From positions 1 to 55,649 of the forward strand of contig JBBDQO010000018.1 of the NCBI GenBank assembly GCA_040905925.1: 55,649 nt of DNA. The letters run 5' to 3'. Shown here one piece after another: positions 8,818-18,539 of the stretch. Source of the stretch: Acidimicrobiia bacterium. GTDB lineage: Bacteria > Actinomycetota > Acidimicrobiia > Spongiisociales > ZC4RG35. The notes under the pieces are model-generated. The model saw only the letters and a list, made by a program, of their open reading frames with translations, was not told the DNA's origin and made no database searches. The position numbers were made by a program, and so were the translations under genes. Every line of letters begins with the position of its first letter. Within the stretch, counting starts at the first letter, position 1.

Positions 8818-9171
8818 ATGAGCTACTCAGGCCATATCGGCGGCGGGTTTGATCTGTCCAACGGGGCCCATTCGGTTCCTGACGCAGATCGGGCCAATCT
8901 GTTCGGTTGGGTCTCGCTCTCGGTGGTGGTTTTGATGTGGGCCGGGTTTGGGATCGCGATGTGGGCGGCTCCGGCCACCCTCACCGATATTTGGGAACGG
9001 GCCGGCGACTTGTCGATGGCCTTCAAGGTCATCGTCTGGGTCCTCGGGCTTCCGTGGATGATCGGGCTGGCTGTGTTGCAGGCGGGATGGTCCGAATCGG
9101 TTCGGGTCGCTTTGGTGGCGGGTCTGGCCCTGGTCAGCGTGTGGACCTTCTACCCGAACCGACAGCGCTGA
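8818..9171 (+). CDS. Hypothetical membrane protein
   Basis: ATG 8818 is preceded by an AGGAGG RBS (the track start 8794 is less likely). Three predicted TM helices. Confidence 0.55.
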   Translation: MSYSGHIGGGFDLSNGAHSVPDADRANLFGWVSLSVVVLMWAGFGIAMWAAPATLTDIWERAGDLSMAFKVIVWVLGLPWMIGLAVLQAGWSESVRVALVAGLALVSVWTFYPNRQR

Positions 9172-9177
9172 AGCGGT

Positions 9178-9828
9178 CTAACGGGCTTCGTAGCCCAAGG
9201 GGTCGGCCACGACAGCGGTCGAGGTGCTGAGTCGGGGGAGGAAGAAATGGACCAGGGGACCGATGAGCAGTGCGAAAAGGACGGTTCCCCAACCGAAGGT
9301 GCCACCCAGAGCCCAACCCGCGGCCAGGACCGCCACCTCCAACACGGTCCGGGTGAGCCGGATCGAGTGCCCCCGTTTGGCGATGCCGGTCATGAGACCG
9401 TCGCGGGGACCGGGCCCGAAGGCGGCTCCGATGTAGAGACCTGAGGCAAGCCCAATCAAGAGGATCCCGGCGAGCAGCATCAGCCAGGCGATGGGTGTGT
9501 TGTCCGCCTCGGGGATCACCGCCGAGGTGGCGTCGATCATCACGCCGATGATGATCGTGTTGGCCACAGTCCCGATCCCGATGCGCTCCTCAAGGGGGAT
9601 CCAGAACAGCAGGACGACAGCTGACACGATGATCGACCAGACGCCGACGGTGAGACCGAAACGGACGGCAAGACCCTGGTGCAGCACGTCCCACGGCGGC
9701 ACTCCCAGCCCCGACTCGAGCATGAGACCGATACCGACACCGAACAGAGTCAAACCGATCCCGAGTTGCACGAGCCGTCGCGCGATGGTGTTTCTCTTGT
9801 TCGGTAATGACCGGGCCGGTTGGGTCAC
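9178..9828 (-). CDS. YczE-like (DUF6198) polytopic membrane protein
   Basis: LVQLGIGLTLFGVGIGLMLESGLGVPPWDVLHQGL plus five or six TM helices. Confidence 0.6.
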   Translation of the reverse strand: MTQPARSLPNKRNTIARRLVQLGIGLTLFGVGIGLMLESGLGVPPWDVLHQGLAVRFGLTVGVWSIIVSAVVLLFWIPLEERIGIGTVANTIIIGVMIDATSAVIPEADNTPIAWLMLLAGILLIGLASGLYIGAAFGPGPRDGLMTGIAKRGHSIRLTRTVLEVAVLAAGWALGGTFGWGTVLFALLIGPLVHFFLPRLSTSTAVVADPLGYEAR

Positions 9829-9950
9829 GACTTGATTGTGCTGGAAGATGTCTCGGAAGAAGAACCACGGCCGTGTTCCCTCCGCCGATCGACACGGGGG
9901 ATGAGGAGCATTGACCCGCCCCGTGGGCGTCGCTGAATAACCTCGACATC

Positions 9951-10676
9951 ATGGAGGGGCCCACCGTCCAACTGGTTGTGACTTGCCTGGTCGACGCCCT
10001 GGCGCCGCAGGTGGGGCGGGCGACCGTCACCGTCCTGGAGCAGGCCGGCTGTCAGGTCGAGTTCGTCGAGGGCCAGACCTGTTGCGGGCAGCCGGCGTTC
10101 AATGTTGGGATGGTCACCGAAGCTCGCCGCATGGCTGGGCACACCCTCGATCTGCTGGATGTCACCAAGGGCCCGATCGTGGTTCCTTCCGGATCCTGCG
10201 CCGACATGATGACCCGCCATTACGAGGAGTTGTTCGCGGGAACCGACCGGGAACAGCAAGCCGAGAGGATCAGCTCACGGGTGAGGGAGCTGAGTCAGTT
10301 CCTGGTCGACGACTTGGCCACCGACCTGAAGGCGTCATGCGAGGGATGCTTGGTCGCCTACCACCATTCCTGTCACGGGCTGCGTGGTCTCGGGCTTGGT
10401 CACCAGGCCGCCAACCTCCTCTCAGAAGTCGACATGGCAGAGCTCGAAGGGGCCACGGACTGTTGTGGCTGCGGGGGCGCGTTCGCCATCGAGATGCCCG
10501 CGGTGTCTGCCGCGATCATGAACGAGAAGCTGGACCGGATCGAGGCCTCCGGCGCCGACACCCTGGTTGGTGGTGAAGTCTCATGCCTGATCCACCTCGA
10601 GGGCGGTCTTCGCCGGAGAGACTCGAAGATCGTGGTGAAGCACCTGGCAGAGATCCTGGCCGGCGACGACTCATGA
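9951..10676 (+). CDS. lutA: L-lactate utilization protein LutA ((Fe-S) oxidoreductase, CCG domains)
   Basis: VQLVVTCLVDALAPQVG...GQTCCGQPAFNVG...HHSCHGLRGL...DCCGCGG. Confidence 0.85.
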   Translation: MEGPTVQLVVTCLVDALAPQVGRATVTVLEQAGCQVEFVEGQTCCGQPAFNVGMVTEARRMAGHTLDLLDVTKGPIVVPSGSCADMMTRHYEELFAGTDREQQAERISSRVRELSQFLVDDLATDLKASCEGCLVAYHHSCHGLRGLGLGHQAANLLSEVDMAELEGATDCCGCGGAFAIEMPAVSAAIMNEKLDRIEASGADTLVGGEVSCLIHLEGGLRRRDSKIVVKHLAEILAGDDS

Positions 10677-12076
10677 GCCCCCAACCGGTGACCTTTCTCG
10701 GGCGGGCCGAGGCCCTGCTCGGCACCCGTGCCGCGGAGTCGGTCAACCAGGGGATGCTTCATCTGACCGCGATGCGCGACAACGCCGTCTCCGGGTTCCC
10801 CCTCATGGACGCCATGAGGGATCGGGCCCGGGTGATCCGACTTCACGCCCTGGCCAATCTCGACCGTTTGCTGTCCCATTTCGCCGATCAGGTCGTGGCG
10901 CAAGGGGGCGCGGTCCATTTTGCGGCTGACGCGGTTGAGGCCAACCAGATCGTGGCCCGCATCCTGAAAGAGACCGGTTCGCACCTGGTGGTGAAGTCGA
11001 AGTCGATGGTCTCCGAGGAGATCGATTTGAACCGATATCTGGAGGATCGGGGATTCGAGGTGGTGGAGACCGACCTTGGTGAGTTCATCGTTCAACTGGC
11101 CGGCGATACCCCGAGCCACATCGTGGCTCCGATCATCCATCTCGACCGTCACGACGTCGGGACCCTGTTCGCCCAAAAACTCGGGGTCGAGGAAACCTTC
11201 GACCCGACCAGGCTCAACCAAATCGCACGGGACCACTTGCGGGAGACCTTCCTCAAGGCCGACGCCGGGATCTCGGGGGTCAACATCGCGGTTGCCGAAT
11301 CCGGCTCGGTGATCACGGTGACCAACGAGGGGAATGGGCGTCTTTGCACCACCGCCCCCCGGGTTCATATCGCCTTGCTCGGGATGGAGCGTGTTGTCTC
11401 GAGATGGGAGGACGCCTCGGTGATCCTCGAGGTCCTTGCCCGGTCGGCAACCGGGCAGCGACTCACCTCATACACCAATGTCGTGACCGGGCCCCGTCGC
11501 GAATCCGACGAGGACGGTCCCGAGCAACTCCACGTGGTGGTTATCGACAACGGCCGCTCCGAGATCCTGGGCAGCGACACCGCCGAGATTCTCGCCTGCA
11601 TACGGTGTGGCGCTTGTCTCAATGTCTGCCCGGTGTTCCGTACCGTCGGTGGCCATGCCTATGGGTCGATCTACTCGGGCCCGGTTGGCTCGATCGTCAC
11701 CCCCGGGTTGCTAGGGATGGAGCCGTGGTGGGAATTGCCGTATGCCTCCACCCTCTGTGGCGCTTGTGAGGAGGTGTGCCCGATCCGGATCCAGATTCCG
11801 TCGATGTTGTTGAAGTTGAGGGCAAGGGCCGCGGAAGAGGGGAGGCTTCCGGGATGGCTCGAGCGTGGAATGCGTCGTTACACGAATATCGCCGACTCTT
11901 CGAGCAAGTGGGAGAGGGCGAAACGGCTGGTGCACACGCTCACCTGGCCGGTCTCCCGTGGGGGCTGGATCCGCCGTCTCCCGGGGCGGGGTCGGGGTTG
12001 GACCGCCTATCGTGACTTCCCACGCCCGGCCCGAGAATCATTCAGTGCATGGTGGAGGTCCAATCGTGGAGCGTGA
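10673..12076 (+). CDS. lutB: LutB iron-sulfur cluster-binding lactate utilization protein
   Basis: ATGA overlap with lutA. Two ferredoxin motifs, CIRCGACLNVCP and CGACEEVCP. The track's upstream extension to 10583 overlaps lutA. Confidence 0.85.
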   Translation: MSPQPVTFLGRAEALLGTRAAESVNQGMLHLTAMRDNAVSGFPLMDAMRDRARVIRLHALANLDRLLSHFADQVVAQGGAVHFAADAVEANQIVARILKETGSHLVVKSKSMVSEEIDLNRYLEDRGFEVVETDLGEFIVQLAGDTPSHIVAPIIHLDRHDVGTLFAQKLGVEETFDPTRLNQIARDHLRETFLKADAGISGVNIAVAESGSVITVTNEGNGRLCTTAPRVHIALLGMERVVSRWEDASVILEVLARSATGQRLTSYTNVVTGPRRESDEDGPEQLHVVVIDNGRSEILGSDTAEILACIRCGACLNVCPVFRTVGGHAYGSIYSGPVGSIVTPGLLGMEPWWELPYASTLCGACEEVCPIRIQIPSMLLKLRARAAEEGRLPGWLERGMRRYTNIADSSSKWERAKRLVHTLTWPVSRGGWIRRLPGRGRGWTAYRDFPRPARESFSAWWRSNRGA

Positions 12077-12719
12077 AGCGTTCTTGAAGCGAGTCTCCGC
12101 ATCGGCCATGGTGGCGACGCTTCCCCGGCCACCCGAGGTTTCCGAGCGCCTGCCAGACCTCGATCCGGTCGATCTCGTTGGCCTGTTCCGGGCCAGAGCG
12201 CACGAGGAGGCGGTCGTGATCCATGGCCCGGTCGGTCGTCACAGTGTCCCCCGGGCGGTGGAAGGGATCGCCGCCGGACATGCCTGTCAGACCTATATGG
12301 CCTGGGACGATCTCCCCGTTCCCGGTGTCACCGGGGCGCTGACGGGGGCAGGAGTGAACCGGGTCGAGCATCATGTCCCTGAGGAGGGACGAATCCCCCA
12401 CCAACTCGAGTACCAGACGCTCGATCTAGGGGTGACCGGCGCCGACGCCGGTCTTGCCGAGTCGGGGAGTCTGGTCCTATTCCATGGCGAAGGCCGGCCC
12501 CGGATGGCGAGTCTGATCCCTGACGTCCACGTCGCCCTTCTCGAGGTCACTCTGATCGAACGGACCCTCGTGCATTGGGCCCACCGGCACCCGGGAATCC
12601 TGTTCGAGTCGGCCAATGTGGTGGTGGTGACCGGGCCCAGCCGGACCGGGGACATCGAACAGCAATTGAAGTTAGGTGTCCACGGTCCCCGTCACGTTCA
12701 TGTGGTCATGTTCCGATGA
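12066..12719 (+). CDS. lutC: LutC (LUD domain) lactate utilization protein
   Basis: GTG 12066 overlaps the lutB stop. Contains GVTGADAGLAESGSLVL and the conserved lutABC gene order. Confidence 0.75.
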   Translation: MEREAFLKRVSASAMVATLPRPPEVSERLPDLDPVDLVGLFRARAHEEAVVIHGPVGRHSVPRAVEGIAAGHACQTYMAWDDLPVPGVTGALTGAGVNRVEHHVPEEGRIPHQLEYQTLDLGVTGADAGLAESGSLVLFHGEGRPRMASLIPDVHVALLEVTLIERTLVHWAHRHPGILFESANVVVVTGPSRTGDIEQQLKLGVHGPRHVHVVMFR

Positions 12720-13690
12720 GCGGGTTGCGACCACCGCCCAAGGCTGAGGGGCCGACCCGGGTCGCGGCTCGTTTCATCGGTTTGATACTCCTCTTGGCAC
12801 TGGCCGGGACTGCAATCTGGGCGGTCGTGACCAACCAACGGATCGATCTGATCGAAGTGATCACAACCGACGAGTTGGAGCGCACAGCGGTGGTCACCAG
12901 CGACGGGACAGCTCTCAACGTCGTCGAGGGAGGTTCAGGGCCCGTCCCGGTGATCCTGCTTCACGATGTCGACGTGGCCGGCAGCATTCTCTGGGATGGG
13001 GTTGTGACCGCCCTGGGTGCAGATGTCACGACACTCCGAATCGACCTCCCCGGGTTCGGCCTCAGCGACCGGGTGCCGGAGGAGGGAAGCAAACACACCG
13101 TGGCCCTGATGGCGGAAATGGTGAGCGAGGTGGTCGGAGCCCGATTCGAGGGGCCGGTCGTCTTCGCCGGTGTCGGTTTGGGCGGCCAGGTGGCAGCCGA
13201 GACCGCGGTGGCCCACCCTGAGTTGGTATCAGCGCTGGTAATGGTCGACGTCGATTACTACAAGAACGACGGGTGGATGGAATTCCTGGAGAAATCGCCC
13301 TTCTACGGCCGCCCGGTGACGTTTTCCTTTGAGGGCTCCGGCCGGTTTGCCGCCGAGCGGTGGGCCCCGAACTGTGAGGCGGGTGGATGGTGCCCCACGT
13401 TGAAGCAGGTCGAGGCCAGGGATCTTGCCGAAACCCTCCACAACACCTCGGAGTCGATGCGTGCCTTCCGGCGGACCCCGGCGGCGTCGGTGGTCCCGTC
13501 AAAACTCAACGAGATCACGGCACCGACCTACTTCGTCTGGAGTCAAGAGGGCGACGTCCCTCGGGAGTCCGTCGATCTCGTGCTGGAAGCACTCCCCGAA
13601 ATGCAGGTCGAGGTGGTCCCGGTGTGGAAGGCCCATCTCGAAGCTCCTGACGTGGTCGCCAACGCCATCCTCACCGTTGGCACGTCCTGA
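12716..13690 (+). CDS. Membrane-anchored alpha/beta-fold hydrolase
   Basis: ATGA overlap with lutC. N-terminal TM, VILLHDVDVAGS, and a nucleophile-elbow-like motif GVGLGGQ. Confidence 0.7.
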   Translation: MSGLRPPPKAEGPTRVAARFIGLILLLALAGTAIWAVVTNQRIDLIEVITTDELERTAVVTSDGTALNVVEGGSGPVPVILLHDVDVAGSILWDGVVTALGADVTTLRIDLPGFGLSDRVPEEGSKHTVALMAEMVSEVVGARFEGPVVFAGVGLGGQVAAETAVAHPELVSALVMVDVDYYKNDGWMEFLEKSPFYGRPVTFSFEGSGRFAAERWAPNCEAGGWCPTLKQVEARDLAETLHNTSESMRAFRRTPAASVVPSKLNEITAPTYFVWSQEGDVPRESVDLVLEALPEMQVEVVPVWKAHLEAPDVVANAILTVGTS

Positions 13691-13692
13691 GC

Positions 13693-14661
13693 TCAGGGGA
13701 GAAGGATCACCTTGCCGGTGGAGGACCGGCTCTCCAGAGCGCGGTGCGCGTCTGCCGCTTCGGCAAGTGGGAACTCGGCACCGATCCGGACCCGGAGCCG
13801 GTCATCCCCAATCCAACGAAACAGGTCGGAGGCGCGTCTCAACAACTCCGCTCGGTCACCTACGTAGTGACGCATGGTGGGCCGGGTAAGGTACAGCGAG
13901 CCCTTGGCGGCGAGGATCAACGGCGAGATATCGGGGGGCCGCCCCGAGGCGTTGCCGAAAGTAACCATCATCCCTCGGGGCCGGATCAGGTCCAGGCCCT
14001 GCTCGAAAGTGGCCGCACCAACCCCGTCGTAAACCACGTCCATGGCGTTTTGGCCGGCGATGGCCTCGACTGCCGTCTTGAAGTCGGTGTCGGTATAGAC
14101 GATCACATGGTCGGCCCCTGCTGCCCTACTCAGCTCAGCCTTCTCTTGGCTTCCGACTGTGGTGAACACCTCGGCGTCTCTGAGCTTGGCGATCTGAGTG
14201 AGCAGGAGCCCAACCCCACCCGCCCCGGCGTGGATCAGACATCGGTCCCCGGCGGATAGGGGGAAGGTGTCGGAGGCGAGGAAATGAGCGGTCAGCCCTT
14301 GGAGCAGGACCGCGGCGGCAGTCTTCGAGTCCACACCCTCCGGCAACGGGACGGCCCGCCCGGCGGGCAGCGCGATTCTCTCGGCATACGAGGCCCTCGC
14401 ATCAGCCCACCCAACCCGGCCACCGACATCGAAGCCATCGACGTTCGAGCCAACCGCGAGGACAATGCCTGCGCCCTCCAGGCCCGGGATCATGGGAAGC
14501 TCCAAGTCGTAGAAGCCGGAGCGGTGATAGATGTCGATGAAGTTGACCCCGGCTGCCTCCACCTCGACGACGAGATCATCGAGCCCTGGGCTGGGGTCGG
14601 CAACCTCGGAATACACGAGTTCCTCTGCTCCACCCACCTTCGAGACGACGATCGCCCGCAC
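13693..14661 (-). CDS. NADPH:quinone oxidoreductase (zeta-crystallin MDR family)
   Basis: AGVNFIDIYHRSGFY and IHAGAGGVGLLLTQIAK. The start is probably GTG 14661 (VRAIVV...). The track start TTG 14679 is an alternative. Confidence 0.85.
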   Translation of the reverse strand: MRAIVVSKVGGAEELVYSEVADPSPGLDDLVVEVEAAGVNFIDIYHRSGFYDLELPMIPGLEGAGIVLAVGSNVDGFDVGGRVGWADARASYAERIALPAGRAVPLPEGVDSKTAAAVLLQGLTAHFLASDTFPLSAGDRCLIHAGAGGVGLLLTQIAKLRDAEVFTTVGSQEKAELSRAAGADHVIVYTDTDFKTAVEAIAGQNAMDVVYDGVGAATFEQGLDLIRPRGMMVTFGNASGRPPDISPLILAAKGSLYLTRPTMRHYVGDRAELLRRASDLFRWIGDDRLRVRIGAEFPLAEAADAHRALESRSSTGKVILLP

Positions 14662-15077
14662 TATCTCTCCACTCTCCAACCTCGCGCCCTCAGCTCATCC
14701 ACGAGAAGGTCGTCGCTGAGGTGGGCCAAATCGAGGGGCTGCTTCTCGAGTCCAAGGCAACGCTCCACCGTGTCGCGAATAGTCCGGGCCCAGGCCTTTC
14801 CCTTTGCCTCGGTTTCCAAGCTTATCGTCGCGTCGGCATTGACAGTGAACACCCGGGCGGTGATCTGGGGGTTGGCCCGCGAGCCACGCTCGCCGTAGAC
14901 GAGGAGCACCGATCCTGCGGGGATGTCCTGGATCCCGCCGGTCGCCACGAAGGGACCGTCGAAGGCCCATCCGGACGACTTGCTGGTATCGACGGACTCG
15001 ACGATCTTGGCCCAGTTCTTGTGACGTTCGTCACCGAGGAGCGGAACATCGATCGCAACCAGCACCCTGTCGTCCAT
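14661..15077 (-). CDS. Hypothetical protein
   Basis: 138-aa ORF with coding-like GC3, abutting the oxidoreductase start. I recognise no family. Confidence 0.5.
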   Translation of the reverse strand: MDDRVLVAIDVPLLGDERHKNWAKIVESVDTSKSSGWAFDGPFVATGGIQDIPAGSVLLVYGERGSRANPQITARVFTVNADATISLETEAKGKAWARTIRDTVERCLGLEKQPLDLAHLSDDLLVDELRARGWRVER

Positions 15078-15142
15078 GCATTGAGGGTACGCAATCCGGA
15101 GTGAACCCGTCTCCGGCGACCGAGACGCTTTACCCTTTGCGC

Positions 15143-16141
15143 ATGGCCATGCTCCGTCTGTTCGCCAACCTCCGGGAGATCGCCGGCTCTGCCAGGGTGG
15201 AAGTGGGGTCCGGCACCGTAGGGGCAGCCATCGAAGAGGCCTCGGAGCGATTCGGGCCCGATTTCCGACGCACCGTCGAGACCTCGCGGGTCTGGATCAA
15301 CGGGGAGACTGCCGCTTATGACGATCCCGTAGGGGAGAGTGACGAGGTCGTCATCCTGCCACCGGTGTCCGGTGGGAACCGCTCGATGTCCGCTCCAGCC
15401 ACGGTCGATTTGATCGCCTTCCTTCCTCTCGCAGTGCTTGTGCTCGCGGTGTTCGCCAACCTCCGGAGCCAGGAGATCTGGGCTGCAGCCCTGGTGGCAA
15501 TCGTGGCGGCTTGGGCCCTCGACTTGGGATCCGTTCTTTCCTCAAGGGGACGGTTGTTTGGCTCCTTGGCCGTGGTGGTGACTTCTGCAGTTTCGGCCAT
15601 GGCGGCACACGTATTGGGTGGGACCGGCTATTCCCTGGCTCTGGTCGTCGCTGTGGCGGTCGGTCTCGGATGGGCGGTTGCCCTCCCGGCGTACCGCGAG
15701 GTCGACGTCTTCAGCCCTGTTCTCCTGGTGTCTCTGTTTGCCGGGCTGGGCACGGCGTCGCTGATATTGGCCCGGTCGGCCCACAGCCCTGACCCGAGGG
15801 CGGTCGATGTCTTCCTGGCGGCGGTGATCGCGGGGTTGGTCTTGGGCTCGATGGTCGAGCGCATGCCTTCCCTGCCGCTCGTGGACCCGTTTTCGGTGAC
15901 GGCGATCGGCGCAGTGCTCGGAGCCGTGGGAGCGGCGATGCTCTGGGATCTCGATGTGGTCGGCTACCTGCTCATAGGACTGGGAATCGCGGTGGCTCTG
16001 GTGGCGGGTCGGGGGTTCGCCTCGATGCTGCGAACGGGACGGGTGTCGCTGACGGAACGACCTCCGGGCTGGCTCAACTCCCTCGACGGGGTGGCCTTGG
16101 CTGCCGCCATCTATTTCCCATTGCTCACCGTCATCCTCTGA
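15143..16141 (+). CDS. MoaD/ThiS-like beta-grasp domain fused to a ~260-aa polytopic membrane domain
   Basis: MLRLFANLREIAGSARVEV...WINGE...DEVVILPPVSGG (Gly-Gly codons 15371-15376). The frame continues without a stop into about 8 TM helices. Start is ATG 15143 or 15149. Confidence 0.7.
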   Translation: MAMLRLFANLREIAGSARVEVGSGTVGAAIEEASERFGPDFRRTVETSRVWINGETAAYDDPVGESDEVVILPPVSGGNRSMSAPATVDLIAFLPLAVLVLAVFANLRSQEIWAAALVAIVAAWALDLGSVLSSRGRLFGSLAVVVTSAVSAMAAHVLGGTGYSLALVVAVAVGLGWAVALPAYREVDVFSPVLLVSLFAGLGTASLILARSAHSPDPRAVDVFLAAVIAGLVLGSMVERMPSLPLVDPFSVTAIGAVLGAVGAAMLWDLDVVGYLLIGLGIAVALVAGRGFASMLRTGRVSLTERPPGWLNSLDGVALAAAIYFPLLTVIL

Positions 16142-16163
16142 GCGAGGGGGAGGCCGTTCGTCC

Positions 16164-16502
16164 CTAGGGCTTGTTGGCGCGATACACGCGAACGTCGACG
16201 CGTTCGATAGTGACAAGCCCGTCTCCGATCATCTCATCGAGGACGGGAAGGATGGCTTCGATTCTGTCCGCGGTGTCGACGCATTCGATCACTATGGGCA
16301 GGTCTTCTGAGAGGCGGAGGATGTGGGAGGTGTGGAGACGGCTGGATTTCCCGAACCCTTCGATACCCCGCAGGACTGTGGCACCGGCGAGGCCCTCACG
16401 ACGAAGGGTCTCCACTATCGCCTGATAGAGGGGGCGCCCATCGTCAGCATCGGATTCACCGATGAAGATGCGAAGCAGGCGATTGTCGGCGTCGTTGTCC
16501 AT
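16164..16502 (-). CDS. DUF190 (PII-like) protein, commonly linked to crcB
   Basis: LLRIFIGESD...PLYQAIVETLRREGLAGATVLRGIEGFG. Confidence 0.8.
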   Translation of the reverse strand: MDNDADNRLLRIFIGESDADDGRPLYQAIVETLRREGLAGATVLRGIEGFGKSSRLHTSHILRLSEDLPIVIECVDTADRIEAILPVLDEMIGDGLVTIERVDVRVYRANKP

Positions 16503-16514
16503 GGTTGCCTCTCT

Positions 16515-16865
16515 TCAGTGGGTCAGGCTATAGCCCGCTGCGGTCAGGGCGACGCCGGCGATGAGAGTCAAGGTGAGATTGGCCATCGCTCTCGCCCTCA
16601 GAGTTGGCATGCCCAGCCGAATGGTCTCGATCATCCATGTCGAGAACGTAGTGAACCCGCCGAGGAACCCGACGGCTGCGATCGACGCGGCCGAGGCGAG
16701 GTGGGTGTCTCCGACGAGCAAGCCGATGAGGAGGGCGCCGGCCAGGTTGACGGCCAGAGTGCCGACCGGAAAGTCGGCCTGGCTTCGTTCCTGGACCACG
16801 CCCGATATCAGGTATCTGCACAGCGCGCCGAAAGCGCCAGCGAGCGCGGTGACAAGAAAGCTCAC
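16515..16865 (-). CDS. crcB: Fluoride channel CrcB/FluC, paralog 2
   Basis: GTGA overlap with the upstream crcB. Contains GALCRY, PVGTLAVNLAGALLIG and GFLGGFTTFSTW. Confidence 0.88.
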   Translation of the reverse strand: MSFLVTALAGAFGALCRYLISGVVQERSQADFPVGTLAVNLAGALLIGLLVGDTHLASAASIAAVGFLGGFTTFSTWMIETIRLGMPTLRARAMANLTLTLIAGVALTAAGYSLTH

Positions 16866-17287
16866 CCAACCACCCGGCCCACTCTTTGCCCCATCGCGGC
16901 GGCTAGAAGACCACCCACAAGAGAAGCCGCAACATAGCCAGCAAAGGTGAGCGGCCGGCCCTGTGTGAGGAGGCGAAACACATCCAGGCTGAAAGCCGAG
17001 AAGGTTGTGAACGATCCGAGTACGCCGATCGCCCAGAACTGAAGTGACCATCGGGATGTGATGGCCAGTTCCCGGCGAGCCAGAAACAGGCCAAGAATGA
17101 ACGACCCTGTGACGTTGATGACCAGGACCCCGATAGGGAAATGCCCGACGGGAGTTGGCAGCCACGATCCGATTCCGGCTCGTGCCGCGGATCCGACCAG
17201 CCCTCCTCCGAACACAGCCGCCAGTCCTGGCAGCTGACGACGGAGGGTGGTTCGGTTCAGGCGGTGGGTGATCGGTTGTGCTCGCAT
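16862..17287 (-). CDS. crcB: Fluoride channel CrcB/FluC, paralog 1
   Basis: [26 protein letters not shown] and [12 protein letters not shown]. Confidence 0.88.
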   Translation of the reverse strand: MRAQPITHRLNRTTLRRQLPGLAAVFGGGLVGSAARAGIGSWLPTPVGHFPIGVLVINVTGSFILGLFLARRELAITSRWSLQFWAIGVLGSFTTFSAFSLDVFRLLTQGRPLTFAGYVAASLVGGLLAAAMGQRVGRVVG

Positions 17288-17299
17288 GGCCCGTCAAGT

Positions 17300-17356
17300 T
17301 CTGGTTATAGGAGCCATCAGCCGGTCAGGCGCTTGTGGCGAGCCCCATCGCCGCGG
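17300..17356 (-). promoter_or_regulatory. Fluoride riboswitch (crcB RNA motif)
   Basis: The minus strand reads GCGGCGAUGGGGCUCGCCACAAGCGCCUGACCGGCUGAUGGCUCCUAUAAC. This matches the crcB-motif pattern GGCGAUGnnGnnCGCC..A..GCC...GGCUGAUGnCUCCUA, with a pseudoknot between GGGGCU and GGCUCC. It ends about 18 nt upstream of the crcB ATG (17287). Confidence 0.8.
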
Positions 17357-17437
17357 GTGGCCATGGTAGCTATCGGCGGCATCCGCTCAACGAGATGGAC
17401 TAGAGCAAAGGACCGGCCCTGGTTACGCTTGCACCGC

Positions 17438-18529
17438 ATGGTTGCCGCGAGGACGCATCGTCGCGTCGTTCTGCTTGTCATCCTGACCGCCCTGGTGGCT
17501 TCTCTATTTCCACTTGCCTCCCTGGCGGTCAGCCAGGCCCAGGTCAATGAGGCGTGCGCCGACTCGCGCGAGCAGCTCGAGGAGTACCGGGCAGCGCAGG
17601 CCGAGTTCGAGGAGGCGGCGCTCGAATATGAGGGAGTCCTCAACGAGGTCGAGAGGGTCGAGCGCAAACAGGACCGAGTTGAAGGGTCAATGGCGGTTCA
17701 CACCGAGGAACGCGACCGCATCCAACAACAGATCGAAGAACAGGCAGTCGAGCTCTACATGCGGGGCGGTCTCTCCAGCCCGGGGATCATCCTGTCGGCT
17801 TCTTCGGTCGATCAGCTGATGACTACCTCCGAGTTTCTCACCGAGGCCGCCACTGGCGGCCAGAGCTCCATCGACGAGTTGATCGCCGCCCGGAGCGAGC
17901 TCAATAGGTTCGCCGGCGATCTCTCCGACACCCGCGACGAGTTGAAGTTGGTCGAGGCCGACAAACTCGATGCCAGGAACCGCCAGGAGACGGCCATGGA
18001 GGCCGAGCAGGCCGCATACGGCAAGCTGTCGGACCGCTGCAAGGCCCTGACCTCCAGATACGACACCGAGCGGCGTGCCGCGGCTGCAGCAGCCAGGTCC
18101 CGGGCGAGCGGGTCAGTCCAGGTGGGGTCGTTCATCTGCCCCTTCACACCGGGTCGGACCTCATTCATCGATTCCTGGGGTTTCCCGAGGTCCGGCGGAA
18201 GGAGTCACAAGGGGACCGACATGATGGCCGCCAGCGGCGAGGCGATGTACGCCGTGACCAGCGGGGTGGTCCGCATCTCGCACAGCTCTCTAGGGGGGAA
18301 TTCGATCTGGCTGTCGGGAGACAACGGAATCGCCTTCTACTACGCCCATCTTTCCGGGTTCAATGTCGGCTCGGGCGCAAGGGTGAGTCAGGGCCAGACC
18401 GTCGGCTTCAATGGTTCCTCGGGCAACGCATCCGGAGGGAGCCCTCACCTCCATTTCGAGATCCATCCGGGGGGGACAGGCTCACCGGCCGTCAATCCCT
18501 ATCCGACCGTTGCCGCGGCCTGCAGGTAA
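17438..18529 (+). CDS. Secreted coiled-coil M23 family metallopeptidase
   Basis: Signal/TM segment [25 protein letters not shown], a long coiled-coil region, then M23 motifs SHKGTDM (HxxxD) and PHLHFEIH (HxH). The track start 17141 overlaps crcB and the riboswitch. Confidence 0.85.
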   Translation: MVAARTHRRVVLLVILTALVASLFPLASLAVSQAQVNEACADSREQLEEYRAAQAEFEEAALEYEGVLNEVERVERKQDRVEGSMAVHTEERDRIQQQIEEQAVELYMRGGLSSPGIILSASSVDQLMTTSEFLTEAATGGQSSIDELIAARSELNRFAGDLSDTRDELKLVEADKLDARNRQETAMEAEQAAYGKLSDRCKALTSRYDTERRAAAAAARSRASGSVQVGSFICPFTPGRTSFIDSWGFPRSGGRSHKGTDMMAASGEAMYAVTSGVVRISHSSLGGNSIWLSGDNGIAFYYAHLSGFNVGSGARVSQGQTVGFNGSSGNASGGSPHLHFEIHPGGTGSPAVNPYPTVAAACR

Positions 18530-18539
18530 CCTCTACACA

